This document shows, piece after piece, positions 19,435 through 27,926 of a DNA stretch of 64,000 nucleotides. This DNA comes from Patescibacteria group bacterium (GTDB lineage: Bacteria; Patescibacteriota; Patescibacteriia; Patescibacteriales; UBA12465), in NCBI GenBank assembly GCA_016938835.1, contig JAFGTW010000037.1:9918-73917 (forward strand). Reading direction: 5' to 3'. Both the position numbers and the translations under genes were made by a program. The notes below the pieces were generated by a model. That model made no database searches. It was given only the letters and a program-made list of their open reading frames with translations, and was not told the origin of the DNA. The number at the start of each line of letters is the position of its first letter. Position 1 is the stretch's first letter.

Positions 19435-20250
19435 ATGGAATTATTGTGGTTTTTACCGCCATTTATTTTGCTTTACATGAGTATTTGGTTTCTATTATCT
19501 TTATGGATAAGAAGACGAGATGTGGTTGATTTAGCTTGGGCTTCTGGCTTTGTTTTTTTAGCTTGGATAACCTTAAATTTTAGAGATATTATTTTGGATG
19601 AACGGGCTTATTGGGTTTTATTGCTTGTTACTGCATGGGGGCTGCGTTTATTTTTTCATAATTATAGGCGTAATTTAAACAAGGAAGATGATTGGCGTTA
19701 TCATCGTTGGCATAAAGACATGCCTCAATGGCATTATCGTAGTTTAAAAAATAGTCGTGCGTGCTGTGCTGCCTTTGCTGTTTATTCTAAGGTTTTTTTA
19801 TTTCAAGGAGCTTTAATGATGATTGTTGCTTTGCCGGTTGTCTATAGTTTGCGTTTAATATCCTTGCCTTTGTTTTCTGTAAATTATTTAGGCATCATTT
19901 TTTTACTTTCCGGCTTATTAATAGAAACAGTGGCCGATTTACAGCGCTACAGATTTTTAAAGAAAGAGGGTAATGCCGATAAGTTAATTACGACCGGCTT
20001 ATGGAAATTCAGTCGTCACCCTAATTACTTCGGAGAAATAATATTTTGGTGGGGTATGTATTTTCTAGTTTTAGGTGTCGCTAAGTCTTGGATGTTAATC
20101 GTGTCACCGCTAACTTTAACTTATGTTATGTTGTTTGTGTCTGGTCTACCGATGGAAGAGCGTTATCGCGGTCGTCCGGACTTTGAGGAGTATAAACGTC
20201 GCACTAGTGCTTTAATCCCTTGGTTTAGGAAAAAAATAAACACTCCTTAG
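19435..20250 (+). CDS. DUF1295 / steroid 5-alpha-reductase-like membrane protein
   Basis: VDLAW, WGLRL, EDDWRY, ETVADLQ, GLWKFSRHPNYFGE. Confidence 0.88.
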   Translation: MELLWFLPPFILLYMSIWFLLSLWIRRRDVVDLAWASGFVFLAWITLNFRDIILDERAYWVLLLVTAWGLRLFFHNYRRNLNKEDDWRYHRWHKDMPQWHYRSLKNSRACCAAFAVYSKVFLFQGALMMIVALPVVYSLRLISLPLFSVNYLGIIFLLSGLLIETVADLQRYRFLKKEGNADKLITTGLWKFSRHPNYFGEIIFWWGMYFLVLGVAKSWMLIVSPLTLTYVMLFVSGLPMEERYRGRPDFEEYKRRTSALIPWFRKKINTP

Positions 20251-20345
20251 ATATACTTTTATCAAGAAAATAATTGTTATAATAATGACAATTATTTTTT
20301 TATTTGCCAATCGCTTAATGTAAGTAATGGTGATTTTGATATGAA

Positions 20346-20372
20346 AAAAGTCGCCTAATATGGGCGACTTTT
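20346..20372. terminator. Bidirectional terminator
   Basis: aaaagtcgcct-aatat-gggcgactttt with A/T tracts on both sides. Confidence 0.75.
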
Positions 20373-20388
20373 ATTATTTTGGTTAGTA

Positions 20389-20478
20389 TTATTTTTTAAT
20401 GAAATATGATTTACTTCTTTTTTTTCTAATACCATGTGCCCAAATAAATAACTTGATAATTGTGATACCTTTTTTCAT
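20389..20478 (-). CDS. Candidate small basic protein, 29 aa (MKKGITIIKLFIWAHGIRKKRSKSYFIKK)
   Basis: Translated by hand; TTGACA at 20540-20535 upstream and the terminator immediately downstream. Confidence 0.35.
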   Translation of the reverse strand: MKKGITIIKLFIWAHGIRKKRSKSYFIKK

Positions 20479-20577
20479 GTTTATAAGTTTAAATGAACAT
20501 TATTTAATTTTAGTACATCAAGTTATTTTACTCTTGTCAAGATGGCTTAAGAGAGTAATTCAGTATACAATATATAT

Positions 20578-21762
20578 ATGTTTGACGGTTTACCTTTAGC
20601 GGCTTATTTGCGCCCAAAAAAATTAAATGAAGTCGTTGGTCAGAAGCTTGTATTAAAAGCAGACGGCTGGCTTTTAGAGGCGATACGAAACGATCGCGTG
20701 CCTTCGCTTATTTTTTGGGGCCCGCCAGGCTCCGGAAAGACAACACTAGCTTCATTAATCGCTCAAGAAACAAAGGCGGACTTTATTCAATTATCGGCTA
20801 CGGAGAGTGGAGTTAAAGATTTAAAAGCAGTTGTAGACAAGGCTCGCTCTGGCAAACGTTTAGGCGTAAAAACTATCTTATTTATTGATGAAATTCATCG
20901 TTGGAATAAGTCGCAACAAGACGCCTTATTACCACAAGTGGAAAATGGAGTAATTACGCTTATCGGTGCCACTACCGAAAATCCCAGCTTTGCCGTTAAT
21001 GGTGCTTTACTTTCCCGTGTAAAAGTTGTTGTTCTGGAAGCTTTAAATGAAGAAGATTTAATGGTAATCGTAAAACGAGCGGCTAAAACTTTGTCGGTAA
21101 AAATTAAAGCCAATCCAGCGCGCTTAATTGCTCGCTTAGCTAATGGTGATGCTCGTCGGGCTATCGGCCTAGTGGAGACGGCGGTTGCTCATAATAAGGA
21201 TATTGACGTTGATTTGATTAAAGAAATTATTAATAAGCCGAATCTGCTTTATGATAAGAGCGGAGAGGAGCATTATAATTTGATTTCAGCTTTGCATAAA
21301 TCTATGCGGGGCAACAATGAGAACGCTTCTTTATACTATTTAGCAAGAATGCTTGAAGCTGGTGAAGATCCTTTGTATATTGCTCGCCGTCTCGTCCGTT
21401 TTGCTAGTGAGGACGTTGGCATGGCTAATAATAGCGCTCTTTTGTTGGCAACGGCTGTTTATGATGCCTGTAAAAATATTGGTATGCCGGAGTGTGGCGT
21501 GCATTTAGCTCATGCTGTCACCTATTTAGCCAAGGCCGCTAAGAACATCGATGTTTATCAAGCTTTTAATGAGGCGATGACTGAGGTAAGAAATAGTGGC
21601 AATTTACCTGTGCCTCTACATTTACGTAATGCCCCGACAAAATTAATGAAGAATCTCGGCTACGGCAAGGATTATAAATATACACCCTTAGAAGATGATT
21701 CAAATCAAGAATATTTACCTGAAGCTTTAAAGGGGCGTAAGTTTTTTCGACCAAAAAAATAA
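20578..21762 (+). CDS. rarA: Replication-associated recombination protein A
   Basis: PLAAYLRP, GPPGSGKTT, FIDEIHRWNKSQQD, GATTENP, ISALHKSMRG, SEDVG, VPLHLRNAPT. Confidence 0.95.
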   Translation: MFDGLPLAAYLRPKKLNEVVGQKLVLKADGWLLEAIRNDRVPSLIFWGPPGSGKTTLASLIAQETKADFIQLSATESGVKDLKAVVDKARSGKRLGVKTILFIDEIHRWNKSQQDALLPQVENGVITLIGATTENPSFAVNGALLSRVKVVVLEALNEEDLMVIVKRAAKTLSVKIKANPARLIARLANGDARRAIGLVETAVAHNKDIDVDLIKEIINKPNLLYDKSGEEHYNLISALHKSMRGNNENASLYYLARMLEAGEDPLYIARRLVRFASEDVGMANNSALLLATAVYDACKNIGMPECGVHLAHAVTYLAKAAKNIDVYQAFNEAMTEVRNSGNLPVPLHLRNAPTKLMKNLGYGKDYKYTPLEDDSNQEYLPEALKGRKFFRPKK

Positions 21763-21763
21763 C

Positions 21764-22441
21764 TTAGTAGCGCTTTAAACTAAATTTATAACCGCGTCCA
21801 GCAAAGGTATGAATGTAATCAATTTCTTCATCCTGGTTTAACTTTTTACGTAAACTCATAATATGAGCCTCAATCGTATTAGAGAAAGGGTCAGCATTAT
21901 TTTCCCAAACTTGGTCCATAATTTGGCTACGTGATAAAATTTCATCGCGTCGATGAAAAAATAGTTCAAGTAGAGCATACTCTTTGCCGGTTAAATATAT
22001 ACGTCTCCCGTTTCTCAGTGCTAACTGACTTTTTGTGTCAAGTGCTAATTTTCCTATTTTTAAAATTTTATCTCTAATATTTTGAGGACGACGAGTTAAA
22101 GCTTCTACTCGCCACAGAAACTCTTCAAATAAAAATGGCTTAGTAAGATAGTCATCAGCTCCTAATTTAAACATTTCGCCTTTTTTATCTAGTTCGGCGT
22201 TAACTGTTAGAGTGAGAACGGGGCTCATGACTCCAGCTTTTCTTATCTCTTTTAAAACTTGGGTGCCGTTCATTTTCGGTAAATTATTATCTAGTACGAT
22301 TAAATCGTAATGATTACGGCGAGCGAGATAAGAACCTTCTTCACCGTCATAAGCGGAGTCAACCACATAAGCTTTAGCTTTAAGGCCTTTGCTTAAAAAG
22401 GCAACAATGTCTTTTTCATCATCAATAATTAATATTTTCAT
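21764..22441 (-). CDS. OmpR/PhoB-family response regulator (no adjacent kinase)
   Basis: ILIIDDE, LIVLD, GADDYLTKPF, LTGKEYALL, SLRKKL, GRGY. Confidence 0.93.
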   Translation of the reverse strand: MKILIIDDEKDIVAFLSKGLKAKAYVVDSAYDGEEGSYLARRNHYDLIVLDNNLPKMNGTQVLKEIRKAGVMSPVLTLTVNAELDKKGEMFKLGADDYLTKPFLFEEFLWRVEALTRRPQNIRDKILKIGKLALDTKSQLALRNGRRIYLTGKEYALLELFFHRRDEILSRSQIMDQVWENNADPFSNTIEAHIMSLRKKLNQDEEIDYIHTFAGRGYKFSLKRY

Positions 22442-22595
22442 ATTTATTATAATTAAGCTCTCTAAGGTGGAGCTGCCTTAATCATAACTTTTTTAAGATA
22501 ATCACCGTTTAACCATTATTAAACGAAAAAATTACAGATGGTGGACAAGCTGGGAGAGCTGATTTATAATAATAATAGAATAAATAAGAAATTTT

Positions 22596-23879
22596 ATGTC
22601 TAAAATAAAATTAAGCAATCAAGAACCAAAAGGTACTAGCGATTGGTTTCCGGCAGAATTGGCCTTGCGTCATTACATTTTTAATACTTGGCGTCAGGTT
22701 TGTCGTAGTTATGGCTTTCAAGAATACTTAACTCCCTTGGTTGAATCAGCAGAAATTTATCGGGCTAAATCAGGCGAAGATATAGGCGGTAAGGAGTTGG
22801 TGACTTTTACCGATATGGGGGGCAGGGAACTTTGTATCCGTCCAGAGATGACCCCTTCAGTTACTCGTTTAATTTCAAAAATTTACACATCCTCACCTAA
22901 ACCCTTGAAATTTTTTTCCATTGCTAATTTTATGCGCAATGAAAAACCTCAACGCGGTCGCAACCGAGAGTTTTGGCAGCTAAATTGTGATATTTTTGGT
23001 AGCGCTTCTTTGGCGGCCGATTTGGAAATTCTGCAACTATCCTTAGATATTATGCAGGCCTTCGGTGCTCCGGCGGAATCGTTCACCCTTCGTCTTAATA
23101 GTCGCCGTTTGCTGGATAATTTATTGCCGGTTTTTGGTATAAAAACTAAAGAGCCAGTCCTAGTTTTTAGAATTTTAGACAAATTTGGTAAGCTTAGTGC
23201 CGATGAATTTAAGCGTCGTTTACAGGAATTAAAAATCAGTGAAGATTCAGTAAAGCTACTGTTTGATTTCATGTCTGGAAAAAAACAGGACATGTTTCTT
23301 GAGGCTTTGACTGATAATAAAGAGCTGCAAGCGGCAAAAGCGGAAATTGATTTTGTTTTAAACCAATTAAAAGTGCTCGGTTATACGCAGGCTAAATTTG
23401 ACCCAGCTCTTATTAGAGGTTTTGATTATTATGATGGCCTTGTTTTTGAAGTTTTTGATAATCATCCCGATAACCGTCGCGCCCTATTTGGCGGTGGACG
23501 TTATAATGGTTTAGCTCAGCTTTTTGGCACGGAGAGTTTTCCGGCAGTTGGTGTTGCCCCTGGTGATGAAACCACAAAATTATTTTTAGAAAGCTGGAAA
23601 TTATTACCAAAGTTTGAGGATCAGCGCTATTATCTGCCATTACTGAGCTTTGATTTATTGGCTGATACTCAGCATCTAGCTTCCGTTCTGCGTCAGGAGG
23701 GCAAAGAAGTATTATTTGCTTTTGAACCACAAAGACCAGGTAAGGCCTTGGAATTTGCTAATAAGCAAGGAATAGACAAGGTTGTGATTTTTGCTAATGA
23801 AGAAAAGTTGACTGGTAAGTATAAGATTAAGAATATGCAGACTGGTGAAGAGAAAATTTTTTCTTTACCTAAATTTTAA
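22596..23879 (+). CDS. hisS: Histidine--tRNA ligase
   Basis: PKGTSD, RPEMT, RNEKPQRGRNREFWQ, RGFDYYDG, GGGRY. Confidence 0.96.
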   Translation: MSKIKLSNQEPKGTSDWFPAELALRHYIFNTWRQVCRSYGFQEYLTPLVESAEIYRAKSGEDIGGKELVTFTDMGGRELCIRPEMTPSVTRLISKIYTSSPKPLKFFSIANFMRNEKPQRGRNREFWQLNCDIFGSASLAADLEILQLSLDIMQAFGAPAESFTLRLNSRRLLDNLLPVFGIKTKEPVLVFRILDKFGKLSADEFKRRLQELKISEDSVKLLFDFMSGKKQDMFLEALTDNKELQAAKAEIDFVLNQLKVLGYTQAKFDPALIRGFDYYDGLVFEVFDNHPDNRRALFGGGRYNGLAQLFGTESFPAVGVAPGDETTKLFLESWKLLPKFEDQRYYLPLLSFDLLADTQHLASVLRQEGKEVLFAFEPQRPGKALEFANKQGIDKVVIFANEEKLTGKYKIKNMQTGEEKIFSLPKF

Positions 23880-23963
23880 TTTGACAAGAAAGTAATTCCG
23901 TATTTAAATATAAGAGATTAGGAAAATCCTAATTTCTTTTTAAGTTCATTTAAAAAAAGCAGA

Positions 23964-24629
23964 ATGGTACAGAATGTTATTTTTGATGCTGATGGCGTCT
24001 TACTTCTTTCAATTAAAGTTGGTATTAATACTATGTTGGAAGCCATTAAAATTTGTGATTTGAATAGTCCAACGTATAATGAAGTACTTCAGGTTTGGGG
24101 GGGAAATTTAGAGTCTGAATTATTACCCCTATTGGCTTCAAGATATAATTGGCCAGCAGGAAGTGTACAAAAAGTAGTTAATCTTTTTTTAGCTTTGTCA
24201 GAATCAACGGTGTATCCTCAACAACCAAAACTTCTTAAAACTTTGGAATATCTGAGTAGGCGTTATAATCTTGGCATCGCTTCTAATCGTGATGCTCATA
24301 GCTTGGATTGGCGCTTGCGTCAGCATGGTATCAAAAAGAGCCTATTTAAACACATTCAAACATCTGATGATGGTATTAATAAACCCGATCCCAGAGTATT
24401 TGATAAATTTTGGAATGGTCATGTTGGTTTTAACCCTAGGCAGACCTTATATGTGGGTGACAGCATTAAACACGACTTAGTGGTTGCTCGTATGCATAAT
24501 CCACCTCTTGCCTTCATTGCTATTACCAGCGGTCTTCATTCTACCGGAGAATTTGTTCGTGCCGGAGTTAAAGTAACACATATTTTTAAGAGTGTAATCG
24601 AATTGCCTGACATGATGCACACTTTTTAA
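23964..24629 (+). CDS. HAD-superfamily phosphatase (subfamily IA)
   Basis: IFDADGVL, IASN, KPDP, YVGDS. Confidence 0.85.
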   Translation: MVQNVIFDADGVLLLSIKVGINTMLEAIKICDLNSPTYNEVLQVWGGNLESELLPLLASRYNWPAGSVQKVVNLFLALSESTVYPQQPKLLKTLEYLSRRYNLGIASNRDAHSLDWRLRQHGIKKSLFKHIQTSDDGINKPDPRVFDKFWNGHVGFNPRQTLYVGDSIKHDLVVARMHNPPLAFIAITSGLHSTGEFVRAGVKVTHIFKSVIELPDMMHTF

Positions 24630-24645
24630 AATAATTTCTTGTTAC

Positions 24646-24676
24646 AAAAAACGCCCATATTTATGTGGCGTTTTTC
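24646..24676. terminator. Bidirectional terminator overlapping the rnhB 3' end
   Basis: aaaaaacgcc...ggcgtttttt. Confidence 0.65.
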
Positions 24677-25302
24677 TTTTTATCTTTTTTAATGGCAAAG
24701 GGGGCAAAGCTGAGACGATGGATGGGGCAGGGACCGAACTCTTTTATTTTTTCTAAATGACGTTTCGTGCCATAGCCTTTATGTCGAGCAAATTCATATT
24801 CAGGATATTTTTTATCGGCTTCTAACATTAACCAGTCACGACTTACCTTAGCAATAATTGAGGCAGCAGCAATACAGAAAACTTTAGCATCGCCATCAAC
24901 AATTGCTTCCTGTTTTTGATCTATGCCGGGAACTTTTAAATTACCGTCAACGAGTAAATAGTCTGGTTTTAAACTTAGTCTTTCTAGAGCCTGGCGCATG
25001 GCGGCAAAAGTTCCTTGTAAAATATTAATTTTATCAATCACGCGATTATTAACAACTCCAATTTCTACGGCTGCCGCTTTATCTTTAATGATTTTAAATA
25101 AGAGTTCCCGTTTTTTTGGGCTTAGTTTTTTAGAATCGGCGACTAGAGCTAATTCTTCATTATCAATTTTAAAATCAGGACCAATAGCAACACAGGCGGC
25201 AACAACTGGACCACAAAGAGGGCCGCGTCCAGCTTCATCAATGCCGGCGATCAGTTTATATCCTTTTTTAAATATTTTTTGTTCCCAAGTTAAATCTAAC
25301 AT
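24661..25302 (-). CDS. rnhB: Ribonuclease HII
   Basis: AGIDEAGRGP, DSKKL, LVDG, IAAASIIAKVSRD, HKGYGT, HRLSF. Confidence 0.96.
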   Translation of the reverse strand: MLDLTWEQKIFKKGYKLIAGIDEAGRGPLCGPVVAACVAIGPDFKIDNEELALVADSKKLSPKKRELLFKIIKDKAAAVEIGVVNNRVIDKINILQGTFAAMRQALERLSLKPDYLLVDGNLKVPGIDQKQEAIVDGDAKVFCIAAASIIAKVSRDWLMLEADKKYPEYEFARHKGYGTKRHLEKIKEFGPCPIHRLSFAPFAIKKDKKKNAT

Positions 25303-25482
25303 ATAAAAATTATAGCACTCTGATGGTTAAGAAACTAGTATTTTATTCTAAATTATTGAAATGAGTAGGAAATATATTTATTCTCTAAGAATTTTTTATT
25401 TAAAATTATGTTTTTCGTTTTTTCTTGGTCTTTACAAAGCTTTTTGGCTGTGGCAAGCTATTATTAATGATAAATTGTCCCG

Positions 25483-25517
25483 CTGCCTTGTTTACCGGCG
25501 GGCAGACGACAGGCAGG
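25483..25517. repeat. GC-rich nested imperfect palindrome (REP-like) abutting the tRNA 5' end
   Basis: ctgcct-tgtttaccggcgggcagacgac-aggcag(g): outer CTGCCT/AGGCAG arms with an inner CCGG-centred stem. Confidence 0.5.
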
Positions 25518-25600
25518 CCCGGATGGCGGAACTGGTAGACGCGCTAGCTTCAGGTGCTAGTCTTCGTAAGGAGGTGGGGGTTCAAGTCCCCCTTCGGGCA
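25517..25600 (+). tRNA. tRNA-Leu (anticodon CAG), CCA not encoded
   Basis: Acceptor GCCCGGA/TTCGGGC+A; D-arm GCGGAACTGGTAGACGC; anticodon arm CTAGC-TTCAGGT-GCTAG; long variable arm; GGGGG-TTCAAGT-CCCCC. Confidence 0.95.
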
Positions 25601-25629
25601 CTTAAATTTGTTCATAAATGAATATATGT

Positions 25630-25992
25630 ATGAATAATCATTTTGAATTATCAAGTGCAATCTACAATAAAAATGAAAAAGCTTGGCAGAAGAGCACTTC
25701 TGAAATTTCTGCTTTTATATTAAAACATTTAAAAATTAGTAAAGATTTTTTTGAGTTTATTTGTGGGCAAGAAATAGATGAAGCTAAAGCTGATCGTTGG
25801 CAGCAACGTTTACATGATTTGTTAGTTAAGGCGCAAAAAAGAGCAGGTTATCAAATTGATGAGCAGACTTTATTATTGGCCGCTCGGCAACACCTTGTTG
25901 ATCGAATAAACAGCGGTGAATTGGGAGAATCTCGTATTTATAAAAAATTTATTGAACTGGATGTAGAGGATTTTAAGTTGAAAATATCATAA
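25630..25992 (+). CDS. Hypothetical protein
   Basis: Open ORF after the tRNA, followed by a terminator; start 25618 or 25630; no motif recognised. Confidence 0.6.
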   Translation: MNNHFELSSAIYNKNEKAWQKSTSEISAFILKHLKISKDFFEFICGQEIDEAKADRWQQRLHDLLVKAQKRAGYQIDEQTLLLAARQHLVDRINSGELGESRIYKKFIELDVEDFKLKIS

Positions 25993-26008
25993 GAGGATAT
26001 TATTTTAT

Positions 26009-26038
26009 AAAGGGTTACTGAATATAGTAATCTTTTTT
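26009..26038 (+). terminator. Intrinsic terminator
   Basis: aagggttactg-aata-tagtaatctt plus T-tract. Confidence 0.65.
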
Positions 26039-26130
26039 AATTTAATCTAAATTAACCTTGATTGGTATTGATTTTATGATATGTAATGATGAAAATATAT
26101 AATTTATAGAGCAGTGAAGGTAACGCTAAT

Positions 26131-26236
26131 AAAAAAGAGGGCGACAAATTTGCGCGCCCTCTCAACAGGTTACATTAAAAAGCAGTGAAAAACGTAACTT
26201 GTAACTTGATATCAGTTAACATTTTTGTTAATTGTT
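26131..26236 (-). ncRNA. Candidate ~105 nt small RNA, or mRNA of a 15-aa peptide (MLTDIKLQVTFFTAF, 26222-26175)
   Basis: Own promoter TTGACT-17-TAAAAT, internal stem-loop, and an 8 bp GC-rich terminator plus T6 on the minus strand. Confidence 0.55.
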
Positions 26237-26241
26237 GAAAT

Positions 26242-26312
26242 ATTTTAGTATATTTTTAAAATTAAGTCAAGGTCTTAATTATATTGACATCCAACTTTTT
26301 AAGTAATAGATT
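26242..26312. promoter_or_regulatory. Back-to-back divergent sigma70 promoters
   Basis: Minus: TTGACT(26270-26265)-17-TAAAAT(26247-26242); plus: TTGACA(26284-26289)-17-TAGATT(26307-26312). Confidence 0.6.
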
Positions 26313-26353
26313 TTTTCATAATGTATGCTAAACTAAGTAAGTAAAGATATTTT

Positions 26354-27103
26354 ATGGAAAAGAGCAAAGTCTGGCTAATTATTGGCTTAATTATGATTGT
26401 TTCGGCACTTGTTTTGCGTATTACTAGCCCTCGTGATCGTTGGGTATGTGATAATGGTCAGTGGCGCGCACAAGGTTCTCCTCGAACAGCTCAGCCTACT
26501 CGGGCTTGTGTTGATAATTTATCGATTGATACGGAACTTCAGGCTTTGTCTGATATTTTGAAAGATGAGCCATTAAGTAATAGTATGGAATTACCAGATA
26601 ATAAGCTGGTAGCGGAAGAAAGTAATTTAGCTGAGAAGTTTGTTGATAGTAACGAGCCTAAATCTATAGATAATTCTCTTCAATTAAATCAAGAAAATAT
26701 TAGTGAAATCGTTCCTGAGATAAATGTAGGTATAGAGGAATCTTTTTTAGACTCTAATCCCGAAAGTAGTTTTCAATTAATATCTCCACAGCCAGATGAG
26801 TTATTGCGTAGTCCTTATTTAATTAGTGGACGTGTTTGGGTACCATATTTTTATAAAAGTGTTTTACTTATTACTTTACAGACTGAGTCCGGGGAGCCTT
26901 TATTCAGTTATTCGCTTGATTCTTCCGTAATTCCTAGCGGCTCTAAGGGTTGGTTTAATTTTCAAGTTGAATTAACTTTTGATACTGATGCGAATGATAA
27001 GGGTTTATTATTATTTAATAAAAAAAGCATTTCTCAAAAATCTAAAATTGAATTATTATTAAGTCGCCCCGTCTATTTAGCGCCCTCACAAAAAGATGTA
27101 TGA
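26354..27103 (+). CDS. Membrane-anchored protein with a small Cys-Trp motif and a C-terminal Ig-like (Gmad2-like) domain
   Basis: N-terminal TM; WVCDNGQWRAQGSP..C; acidic linker; ISPQPDELLRSPYLISGR. Confidence 0.55.
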   Translation: MEKSKVWLIIGLIMIVSALVLRITSPRDRWVCDNGQWRAQGSPRTAQPTRACVDNLSIDTELQALSDILKDEPLSNSMELPDNKLVAEESNLAEKFVDSNEPKSIDNSLQLNQENISEIVPEINVGIEESFLDSNPESSFQLISPQPDELLRSPYLISGRVWVPYFYKSVLLITLQTESGEPLFSYSLDSSVIPSGSKGWFNFQVELTFDTDANDKGLLLFNKKSISQKSKIELLLSRPVYLAPSQKDV

Positions 27104-27918
27104 AAAATATTGAATATCTACCAAATATCAAAGTCGGTGAAAAAATTAAATTAGAACCAGAAAAGCCAAAGCTTCATCCGGAAACATTATTACCGGTTTT
27201 AAAGAATTGCTTGTCTCAGCAAGCGACTAAATATAATGAATTATTTGGACTTTCTTGGTTAAATCTTGATGGTAGTGTTAATATGAGTGCTTGGCCTGAT
27301 AGCGATTTTGATTTAGGGGTTAATAAAGCGCAAGAAGCACAATGGGCTTTGGAAGCTAATAAAAATCATGAGCAGTGGCTACAAGATAGAGAATTGAATC
27401 CAGCAATGTTAACGGAGATGTCTTTAACTGTAATGATGCAGAGATTGTTGCCTGATCGTTTTATTATTGTACGTTCGGCGGCTTATGATGATTATAATTA
27501 CGGCGTTGACCAGTTGATTATTGATAAGGAAACGGGTGCGGTGGTTTGTGGTATTGATGAGGTTGTCAATAAACTTGGTTATACCGGACCTAGCATTAAG
27601 GAGAATAAGATTAAACAAAAAATGTTAAAAGGTGGCGCTAAGGTTAAATATGGAGCTTCAGTTCATCAGGATAAGTTAAGTTTGAAGTCAATGCAAAATA
27701 TCCCTGCATTTTATATCTCTTTAGAGAAAGAGGAATTACTTCTTTTAGGAGAATCAATCTCATCGGAGGAGTCAACTGAATATGAGTTTGAATTAATGAA
27801 AAAGATTACAAATTTTTTGAAAAAACAAGCAGAAACATCGCTCACTTGGAATTTAAATTATAGATTACAAGCTAATGTGCGCGCCTTCTTAGATTCTTTA
27901 GAATCATGGCCGGCTTAA
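27100..27918 (+). CDS. Hypothetical protein, possible PD-(D/E)XK-like fold
   Basis: LTEMSL...RSAAYDDYNYGVDQLIIDKETGAVVCGIDEV acidic pattern; ATGA overlap with the upstream gene. Confidence 0.6.
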   Translation: MKNIEYLPNIKVGEKIKLEPEKPKLHPETLLPVLKNCLSQQATKYNELFGLSWLNLDGSVNMSAWPDSDFDLGVNKAQEAQWALEANKNHEQWLQDRELNPAMLTEMSLTVMMQRLLPDRFIIVRSAAYDDYNYGVDQLIIDKETGAVVCGIDEVVNKLGYTGPSIKENKIKQKMLKGGAKVKYGASVHQDKLSLKSMQNIPAFYISLEKEELLLLGESISSEESTEYEFELMKKITNFLKKQAETSLTWNLNYRLQANVRAFLDSLESWPA

Positions 27919-27926
27919 TAAATTAT

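Noticed and set aside
20285-20323. 12-aa ORF after TATAAT
   Set aside because: ATG is 1 nt from the -10, too close to be transcribed.
20399-20599. 66-aa + strand ORF
   Set aside because: Low-complexity F/I/L run typical of AT-rich non-coding DNA; overlaps the rarA start.
25361-25621. 86-aa ORF
   Set aside because: Overlaps tRNA-Leu; spurious.
26110-26198. TTCACTGC repeats as a type I-F CRISPR remnant
   Set aside because: Only two short copies, no CTGCC/GGCAG hairpin and no cas genes.
25517-27918. Genomic island integrated at tRNA-Leu
   Set aside because: No integrase and no duplicated tRNA 3' end seen.
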